Assembly: GCA_965372795.1 (NCBI GenBank)
Contig: CBDVDR010000010.1
Location: forward strand, 1 to 64,000
Direction of reading: 5' to 3'
From: an uncultured bacterium
GTDB lineage: Bacteria > Zixibacteria > MSB-5A5 > GN15 > FEB-12
Length of the DNA: 64,000 nt
Part shown: positions 40,987-49,700 of the stretch, in pieces
Layout: each line of letters opens with the position of its first letter
Position numbering within the stretch: position 1 is the first letter of the stretch
Position numbers and translations under genes: made by a program
Notes under the pieces: model-generated
Databases searched by the model: none
The model's input: only the letters and a program-made list of their open reading frames with translations
Told to the model about the DNA's origin: nothing

Positions 40987-43900
40987 TCATAGCAGAAGCT
41001 TAATAAAATCCGCAAATTTTCTCTTTATTGCTCCCGGTGGAGTGATATATTGATCCAGTTCCTCCGTAGTTTCTATCCAGGTGCAAAGCCTGGGCAAAAT
41101 TATGAAATCAAAAAAACCGATTGTACTTAGCCAACCGCCCAATAGAATCATTACTTCACCATCTAGCAACATACTCCGGTAGTCTAAGTTAATACTGCCA
41201 ACGGTAAGGAAAAAAATGAGACGCTCACGATCCTGAGGCGAAGTATCTTCAAGTATGTCCTCCACTAATTGACGCCACGCTTCCAGTAGATCTTCGGGTA
41301 CATCCTGAACATCTGGCGTACGATCACCGGAGACCCCACCTGTGCTTTGCTTAGCGAGGTAAGCAATATATCTCTTGAATAGATCTGCCAGACCAGGGTG
41401 GCTGCAAATTTTTTCCCAGGCAATCGATGACGCCATAAAGTTCGCTTTAAGATGCAATTTCGGTTTGATATCACTGCTGTCATTGCCCAAGTACGAAACT
41501 GAATAGCCAATGGAATCAAGCAACGCAGAGATATTGGAGGCAACAGCAAGTACTTCCGGACTAAGTGGCCAGAGACGGTTCATCCATGGAGCCTTTGGAT
41601 CCGCAACATGTTTAACCCGGCCGGCTATATCTGCTACCCCCTGCTGAGGGTTATACAAACCAACCTTAAGTAATCCATCTATAGATTCTAACTCGGAGTG
41701 CATGATATTGGAAAATTCAACGAGCCTGCTCATCAATCCATGAGCACGAGCCATTGTGAGAGTACTGGAGCTAGGCGACGATTTGTTAGTCGGGTTGATT
41801 ATCAGCACCCGGCAACCACGTAGAGAACTACCTGCTAATAATGATGCATAAATATAGCTTTGCCAAAGAGAACTCGGTACAGTCAAGACTGATCCTTCGG
41901 GCATCAAACTGTACAATATCGCCTTGCCTATAGTCGCCTTCTTGTGTTGAAATCCTGTGCCGTTGTGCAGTTGTACTACCTCGCCCCAGTTAGGAATCCA
42001 CGATGGTGTTGTCTTATCATGCTCAGCTTTTATCTTGCTTTGGTAGTCTGCTGAATATGGTAACGGACGTAATGGAAACGGAATTTCATCCTCGGTCATA
42101 CCATTTGTAAGCAGTACTTTGCGACCGGCCTCCTTGATCGCCAGAGCAGCTGGTCCCTGAATTATAATCGCTCGATCCTCCCAGTTTGTTCCAACATAAT
42201 GCTCACCTATACCCATCCCTGTAAAAAGAGCCATCCCACGGTATGGATCTTCTTCTGTTAAATCATAAAAAGCAAGTTTTCTATGATCTCGCATATAATT
42301 GTCGGTAACGGGAAACACTCCCACTACATGGAAGCTATAAAAAGACGGGTCTGCTGGATAGGTTATGTTGACATTGACCCTTATCCGATCATTCAACCAC
42401 TTCTCACCATACTGTGATTTTTCAATTGCCAGAAGTGTTGAACTGTCAACAGCCATGCGAAGTCTGTCCTGTGCTTTTTTAAGTTGTATTGACCATTCTT
42501 CATATTCGGAGGGCAAATTAATCGTTTTTGTAAGAGGTTCTTGAAGAATACGAAGCCATCGCCTGGCTTTGTTAATTTCAAAATAATGCTGGTCAAGAAA
42601 TATGAAGTACGCCGGTAATTTGCCAGTCTGGTCATAAGCCTCGACTCGCTCTGCCAGAACCTCTAAATAATTTAAAGTGTGGCGAAAAGCGATTTTATCC
42701 GGTTTACCATTATCATTAACTCCGGCAATATCGTGTACCCACAAGACGTGATAATCCTCTGCAAGACGTACAGAACGAGCCAACTCCCACTGAAATTGCT
42801 CGTTGATAACATACCAAACCCTGTTATCAGCCGAAAAGGATTGTTTTGTTGCTCGTTGGATTATCTCGTTGATCTCCGATTGCTTATCATGTTGCTCAGG
42901 TTTCAATGCGAACTGCAATGGAAGCCATACGAATCTTGAATCTCTCCAACGCTTTCTAAGTTCACTACGATTTTCTTCCATTATATCACAAAGACTCTGA
43001 AAAACCCAATACACCCGACGAGCTTGTAAGATACTAATATCAGTCTGTGAGAGTAACCAACGAGCAAATTCGGTTCGAGCCACGGCGATCAGCCCGCTTA
43101 ATTTGTCATTCTTTTTACGTTGACCAAGCAGGTTGTTGTACGGTAAGATAACTTCATCCAGCAGGAGCGCACGAGCTTTTGCACTCAGGCGTCGTCCGAA
43201 ATCATCCCCTTCTTTGCCGAAATAGAGATGGGAAGAACCTGCTAAACTGAAAGCATGATCCAAGCTCTCGTGATAAACACGAATTTCTTCGTTCAAGCTG
43301 AGCCCCTTAGGGAATCTTATATCCGTACTGCCAATATGCTTTTTTAGATCTGAGAGATCTGATTCCATAACGACTGCTGTCTTACCGCCTTGATCTACAA
43401 ATGGCTGACTCATTCGGGTAATCCACATCGCTCTCTCTTGCACATCGGAAATTGCTTCAGATAATTTTAGTTCAGGATTTGCCAACACCAGACGTACAGA
43501 ATTTGGGAGCACTTTGAGTTGAACATTGTCATTTTGCGGGCGCGTCTTTCCCAATTTGGATCCCCACATAGGAACCGTTACACCAACTCCAATTGACTGA
43601 CCTCGAGACGGTATCCAATTTATTGAAACAGTTGAACCACGACCAAAAATGCCTGATCGCCTGATGGGAATGTCCAGCCTTAGCATGAAATTAAAATCAT
43701 CATCGGGAATATTGTAATCAATGCCAACACCAAAATCAAAAGTTGGTATCGATATTTCAGCTCGGACACCACCGTCCAACGCTTTGGATCGTATTCCAAA
43801 GTAACCCCTAAGTCCAATCGCGGTTAAACCCTGGATGGGACTACTGATGTTCCTGAAGACACCACCTATAGCAAGTATCGTTGGATCACTCGAGTCGGTC

Positions 43901-44109
43901 GAACGATACCATTGTAATTCTCCCCCAAGAAATCCTTTGTAAACTGGCGGCAGTCCCAGAGTTGAAAAGGTACCACCCTTATTTGGTGGAACGATCTGGG
44001 CAAGACCTACTTCACCCACTAAAACGATCATTATCAGAAGGCACCAGATTGCCCAAGACCAGATACCGAAAATTCGTTGTAATTTCCTTGTCACTCTAAA
44101 TAGCTCCAT
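40987..44109 (-). CDS. Large secreted phospholipase-D-superfamily protein with N-terminal beta-rich domain
   Basis: Signal peptide; HRKLAFYD (HxKxxxxD); second HLK; GSINLDYRS..LDGE. Confidence 0.65.
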   Translation of the reverse strand: MELFRVTRKLQRIFGIWSWAIWCLLIMIVLVGEVGLAQIVPPNKGGTFSTLGLPPVYKGFLGGELQWYRSTDSSDPTILAIGGVFRNISSPIQGLTAIGLRGYFGIRSKALDGGVRAEISIPTFDFGVGIDYNIPDDDFNFMLRLDIPIRRSGIFGRGSTVSINWIPSRGQSIGVGVTVPMWGSKLGKTRPQNDNVQLKVLPNSVRLVLANPELKLSEAISDVQERAMWITRMSQPFVDQGGKTAVVMESDLSDLKKHIGSTDIRFPKGLSLNEEIRVYHESLDHAFSLAGSSHLYFGKEGDDFGRRLSAKARALLLDEVILPYNNLLGQRKKNDKLSGLIAVARTEFARWLLSQTDISILQARRVYWVFQSLCDIMEENRSELRKRWRDSRFVWLPLQFALKPEQHDKQSEINEIIQRATKQSFSADNRVWYVINEQFQWELARSVRLAEDYHVLWVHDIAGVNDNGKPDKIAFRHTLNYLEVLAERVEAYDQTGKLPAYFIFLDQHYFEINKARRWLRILQEPLTKTINLPSEYEEWSIQLKKAQDRLRMAVDSSTLLAIEKSQYGEKWLNDRIRVNVNITYPADPSFYSFHVVGVFPVTDNYMRDHRKLAFYDLTEEDPYRGMALFTGMGIGEHYVGTNWEDRAIIIQGPAALAIKEAGRKVLLTNGMTEDEIPFPLRPLPYSADYQSKIKAEHDKTTPSWIPNWGEVVQLHNGTGFQHKKATIGKAILYSLMPEGSVLTVPSSLWQSYIYASLLAGSSLRGCRVLIINPTNKSSPSSSTLTMARAHGLMSRLVEFSNIMHSELESIDGLLKVGLYNPQQGVADIAGRVKHVADPKAPWMNRLWPLSPEVLAVASNISALLDSIGYSVSYLGNDSSDIKPKLHLKANFMASSIAWEKICSHPGLADLFKRYIAYLAKQSTGGVSGDRTPDVQDVPEDLLEAWRQLVEDILEDTSPQDRERLIFFLTVGSINLDYRSMLLDGEVMILLGGWLSTIGFFDFIILPRLCTWIETTEELDQYITPPGAIKRKFADFIKLLL

Positions 44110-44239
44110 TATGTGGTTTAGACATGTACGGAATCTGTCGGTTCGTCTGGTTTGCTCTTAACTAAACTGCTTTAGTGCTACTTGTTTTCGTTTGAAACAT
44201 CATTCCGATTATTTGGAAAGATGTTCTTTCTTCGACCGT

Positions 44240-44286
44240 GGGGCTATAGTCGATAATACAATGTTCTTGTAGCAAATTATGCTACG
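44240..44286 (-). promoter_or_regulatory. Bipartite operator-like motif, copy 6
   Basis: Reverse complement CGTAGCATAATTTGCTACA-N14-TCGACTATAGCCCC, facing the PLD-EEP genes. Confidence 0.7.
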
Positions 44287-44729
44287 GATCCGGAGTTGAA
44301 TGTAGCAAGACAAGTTAGGTGGCTAATGCCCGAAGGTCACAGACAAAAGCGGCCTGAGCAGTTGTAACATTCCCCCCATAAATCGGTTCAGTTTAAGAGA
44401 TAGTTTTTTGTTCCATGTTCCACTCCCTATCTTTGGTCAAGTTCCAGAAGGGTAAGCGTTTTTTAGAGTGTGGTCAGGTTTGACACCATCGAATGCAGTT
44501 TTAACTCGATAGAGAGCTATCTAATGTTTTGGTATGATTCAATTGTATCGCGTGAAATCTGAGATAGATGTTTCAATTTAGGATAAAACATTTTAAGAAA
44601 GTTATCAGCATACTCCTGAAAAAACTTATCAATCCGTTTCTTATTGTCAGAGAATCTGAGCTTCTCTAAGTGAATTCATTAGACGAATGTGCGCTTGTTT
44701 ATGAGTTAGTACTTGAATATTTTAATAAT

Positions 44730-46079
44730 TTACGGACATATATGACAATCAACAGGATTGGGACCACTATTAAACATATAATCTACAAAATAAGTCAAAT
44801 CTGATATACCTAATGTACAGTTACCATCAATGTCAAATTCTTCTTCACAGACAGGAGCAGGACCACCAGTAAACATATAGGCAACGAAGTAAGTCAGGTC
44901 TGAAATATCAACATCAGCATCATTGTTACTGTCGCCTGGCGAATTGCAACAATTTGATGGAGAAGGATTAAAAATTGCCAACCCCTCATTGATTAGGCGG
45001 GTATGGCTGAAAATAGAAGTGTCATTTTCTGGAAGGTTAATAGGTGTAATCACACTTATAAGGTTGGTGTCTGAATACTGTGGCATTGCCCAGCTCTCAA
45101 AGATAAGATGATCTGGCTGTCCAATTGCTGAATTAACCTCGTTAATCCAATCAATCGCGCCCTCATAATAGACTTCATCAGTATACTGTCCATACAGAAA
45201 AAGTTGAGTAGTGAACGAAAGATCAATCAAGATGGGGGCAAAGGATATGTTATGGGCATGAAGAAAGGTCTCCAGTTCCAGCAGGTCTGCCTTTAGTTGG
45301 GCGAGGGTTACCCTGCCATAGATTGGTCCCGCATAGTCGATAATCCTGAGTCCATGTATATCCAGATGTATGAATGGAAGATTAATACCCAGGTTTTCCA
45401 ACTCTGCCACATATGTTTTAATTCCTTCAACATCCATCTCGGGATAGAGAATAATTTGTCCAACAATGATGGAGGGAGCTGCATTATTCATCCGGGTGAT
45501 AAAGTCCGCAACCATAGCAGCAATTTCAGCTAAACTTTCAGTTTTACATTCAGGGCCATCTAAAGGAGGGTAGATGGGAGAATACCATCTTCTGATTGGT
45601 TCATCTATAGCTACATAGCGGACTGTTCCCCCATTATCCTGAACATTGATAATTGCATCCACTGTCCAGTTGAAAGCATTTTGTGCGGCAATTTGCCTCT
45701 CTAAAATACAATCCACAGGTGTTCCTAATGGCGTTTGCGGTAAGATCCCTGCTCCCTCAATGCAAATATCAATTCCCCAGTCATCTAATTTTTTGAACGC
45801 CTGAACTTGAGCAAGATTGGCAAGGGTGTTTGAGTTGCACAAGCCACCCATGCAAGGCCATGAGTTAACATGGTGAGTAAGAAACTGAAAGACATCAATT
45901 CTTGATCTGGCAGAATCCCACTGGGCAGGGTTGGTGAATAACTGCAGCATATCGGTGCTCCCTAAGCTGGGTCCGTACCATACTTTGCTGCTTTCTGCAG
46001 GTTGGCTGCGGGTAACGGGGCAAACAATTGTGATTGCAAGCAGAAACAGCATGGCTGTTCGCGAAAATATTGTTTTCAT
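44730..46079 (-). CDS. Secreted protein with putative TIM-barrel/glycoside-hydrolase-like domain and C-terminal dockerin-like domain
   Basis: Signal peptide; IDEP motif; CC..GD.N.D..VDISDLTYFVAYMF.GGPAP.C, duplicated. Confidence 0.7.
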   Translation of the reverse strand: MKTIFSRTAMLFLLAITIVCPVTRSQPAESSKVWYGPSLGSTDMLQLFTNPAQWDSARSRIDVFQFLTHHVNSWPCMGGLCNSNTLANLAQVQAFKKLDDWGIDICIEGAGILPQTPLGTPVDCILERQIAAQNAFNWTVDAIINVQDNGGTVRYVAIDEPIRRWYSPIYPPLDGPECKTESLAEIAAMVADFITRMNNAAPSIIVGQIILYPEMDVEGIKTYVAELENLGINLPFIHLDIHGLRIIDYAGPIYGRVTLAQLKADLLELETFLHAHNISFAPILIDLSFTTQLFLYGQYTDEVYYEGAIDWINEVNSAIGQPDHLIFESWAMPQYSDTNLISVITPINLPENDTSIFSHTRLINEGLAIFNPSPSNCCNSPGDSNNDADVDISDLTYFVAYMFTGGPAPVCEEEFDIDGNCTLGISDLTYFVDYMFNSGPNPVDCHICP

Positions 46080-46365
46080 CTCTTCAAACTCAATTCATAG
46101 TCCCGTCGTTCCAAACACAGGAGAGAACTTCCCACAAAGATACGAGCAATGAAGTAAGTGACATCTGCTATGTTGAGAGTGTTATTCCCTCCAGGTGGAC
46201 CACACTTTGGATGGGTTATTCTCATGTCACTAAGATACAATGATTCGATAGATTTACAAGAAAGGAAATATCAGGCAATTAAACCAATTTTTTCAAATCG
46301 GTGGAAAAAGTTCGAAAGTTAGATAGGTATGCAATTGTAAGGTATTAGTAGGTAACGAATTAAAA

Positions 46366-46702
46366 AATGCGGGCTAGTTGGGATACATATCGAACCAACA
46401 TAGTTGGATTTATTTAAAAAAAATAGCATCATCAAAATGCCGTCAGGTCAAGCCATTTAAAATGGCGGGCCATCGTGGACTATTTTAGAACTGCGGCTTA
46501 AGTATAATTGATATAGTGAATTTTGAAATCAAGAATAATTTATTTGATTTCCAATTTAATCTCTTAGATTTTTGTCATTTTTTTCTTAAAATGTTTGAGA
46601 GGGGAATCGAAAGCATTGCCACTATAACTACTTGTGTAACATTGGATTATAATAATGCGGGCTATCGTGGACAATTTTGGAACTGCGGCATAGTAGATAA
46701 TT
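46366..46702. repeat. Cluster of three att-like repeats (46366, 46461, 46654)
   Basis: aatgcgggctagttgggatacatatcgaacc; aatggcgggccatcgtggactattttagaactgcggc; aatgcgggctatcgtggacaattttggaactgcggc. Confidence 0.7.
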
Positions 46703-46754
46703 AATATAGACGAAAGCAACTCTTAATACTCTAAATTTGAATATGTTATCTGGA

Positions 46755-49700
46755 TTATCTAAAAGAAATCTCTTGTAGAAATTTCTTAACTGTTTGAGTA
46801 TGTGGATGTTTCTCACCAAAAACACTGAGAAGAATATCATAAGCTCTTTTCCACAGTTCCCTCGCTTTTTCAAGTTGACCCAAAGCTTGATATAACAAAG
46901 CTAAATTGGACTGACGTATTGCGACAGCGGGATGTCTGTCACCGTAGTTTTTAATATCTGTCTGCAAAACTTGTTCTAACAACTCTCTTGCTTTTTCATA
47001 TTCACCCAAATCTTTATATACCAAAGCTAAATTGGACTGACTTGATGCCATAGAAGGATGTTTGTCACCGAAGTTTTCAAAACTTGTTTGCAGAGCTAAT
47101 TCTAACAACTCTCTTGCTTTTTCATATTCACCCAAATCTCTATATACCAGCGCTAAATTGGACTGACGTATCGCAACAGTAGGATGCTTGTCACCATAAT
47201 TTTCGATATCAAGATGTAAGGCTTGTTCTAAAAGATCCCTTGCTTTTTCTAAATGACACAATTCTTGATATATTAAAGCCAAATTGAATTTATCTATTGC
47301 TACAGAAGGATGTTTTTCACCGGATATTTCTATTCCTGTACGTAAAGCTTGTTCTAATAACTCTCTTGCTTTTTCAAATTCACCCAAATCCTTATATATC
47401 ATCGCTAAATTGGACTGACTTGTTGCTACAGAAGAATGTTTTTCACCGTGTTTTTCAATATTTGTTTGCAAAGCTTGTTCTAACAACTCTCTTGCTTTTT
47501 CAAATTGACCCAACTCTATATATACCATAGCTAAATTGGACTGTAGACTTGCTGTTATATCAGTATGGTCACCCCTGAGTTGCTTTAAAAGAGCCTCACC
47601 AAAAGGAATGAAACGAAATTTATCTATTGGATTATCATTTGATTGTTCATAACTAAGTAGTCCTGCAACACTTTTGGAAAGAAGCTTCAAATCATCTATT
47701 GTAATATCCAGCCTAAAAATAAGTGCCTCAACCAGCACCGGGTGCATTTTGTAACTGTCGGTTTTATTATCCTTTAATACAAAACCTTGATCGCAAACAT
47801 TCTCAAGCATCCCCCCGAATTCATCACTCCAGTCAAGCTTATTCTTATCTAATAACCTTGATAAGAATTCAAAATCTATCCATTGATTAGGCAGGGCACT
47901 GAACTGTTTTAACAGATAAACTTCCTGCTCGCTAAGCCCGCTAATATCAAAAATACTCGTTATATATGATTTGATGCGATCAATTTTAGCAATTTTATTA
48001 ACATTATGTTTTACTTTAATCCCCGCTTTGGCATCTTTCGTGAAGGCACTTCTAACTGTTTCATATTTCCAGTGATTTCTGTGTGCCGACTTTGCCAGTA
48101 TTTCAATGGTAAGTGTGTGAAGCTCCACTCCCTTAACAATAGACCGTATTTCTTTAGTAGAAAAACTACTATGATATTTGTTAAATAATTCTATTGCTTC
48201 ATCTTCAGGAAGAAAATCCAAATCTATTATTTTGAAATTCTCGATACGTTCCCGCGATGTTACCAGAAGGTGCCATTCTGGTGCTTTAGGCAGCATGTCA
48301 AAATGTTCTGCCAGACTTTCATGAGCGTTATCTATTATAAGGAGTTTAGGTTTTTTACTTTGTAAAGTACGCAATTTATTCAAGCAGCTAATTAACGGTT
48401 CGCTCAGTTCTTCCTCTGCTATTTTTAAATTCTTTATAAGTGATGTATTTGCAATTATTGCTTCTTCCAAACTGTTCTCTATTGTCAGCAATACTATATG
48501 GTCATATTCATCATAAAACTCTGTCAGGTAGACAGCCGCTAAAGTTGTTTTACCAATTCCACCCATCCCATTAATAAGAGCCGTATCGTGGTTTTGCATA
48601 AGTGATTCACGCAGATTTTGCAAATCTATTTCTCTGCCCACAATATCTTTTTTGGGAATGCGTACCAATGCCGTAAGTTCTTTGGGATAAGAATTATCTG
48701 ACCCTGCAATAGCATCATCTAATTTATCAATAATTATCTTCGTATCTTTTTTAATTTCTGAAGTATCTACTTTTATTGCTTTTGAAAGATTGAACAGATC
48801 AAAAACATTATCTGAAATTGTAAATATTTCTTCTTGATAGTTTTCCCCAAAAGCGAGTTTTTTTAGTTCCTCATCTGCTTCGATATTTTTTTCAAAAATG
48901 TTAAAAAAATCGTGAATCTGCTCTTTTTCAGGTACTTTGATTTTGTCGTTATTTTTTAATTCAGACAAAATTATTTCATTTGTTTTATAACCTGCTTTAC
49001 AGAAAAAACGATGTTTTAAAAGTTCTACCAAAAATATCTTTGACTGATAGAACAAGAGCTTATCATCGAAATCGGCCACGGGATTTGCTCTGCTGTATTC
49101 TTCTATTGTATTGTCAATAATCTCTGTAAATATTGACTGAAGTTTATATCTATTCTCTTTTGTTATCCAGCCTATGCCTTTTTTTATACCATATGAAACA
49201 AATGTATTTGCTCCATTTTCTGAAAGTGTCATATAATTAGAGGATCGCTTACTATGAACTTCAGTATAATTTTCTGGGAAAACTGATAATTTCTCTTTCT
49301 GATTAACATTTAAATACAATTCATTGTACATTATATTTTTTGATTGATCATTGGTTGCTTTTAGAATTGTTTTTTCAATACGAGACAAATCATCAATCAA
49401 ATCATATACTCTAACCATTTCATAAGATTTAGGACATTGTAATTCTTTATAATTTTCTCTAAATCTCATCAAATCATCATATTTATAAAAAGTTGGTGAT
49501 TTAGATTTCAAACATACAACACATTTACAAGGTAAAAGTTTATTATATTTCAATCTGGAATAACTGTTATGTATTTCATCTAAAATAAATATAACTTCTG
49601 TATATAATTCTTTCCTACCATGCCCAGACACTTTGATTGACAATTCTCCCTTGCCCTGTTCTTCTATGATCTCAGCCCTATTTCCTTCACTCTCTAAGAC

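Noticed and set aside
44363..44400. Isolated IS3-like terminal repeat (tgtaacattccccccataaatcggttcag)
   Set aside because: No partner repeat or transposase fragment nearby; resemblance only.
29348..47552. Diversity-generating retroelement (TR/VR) explanation for the 60-bp repeat or the TPR repeats
   Set aside because: The 60-bp copies are identical, with no adenine-specific differences, and there is no reverse transcriptase in the window.
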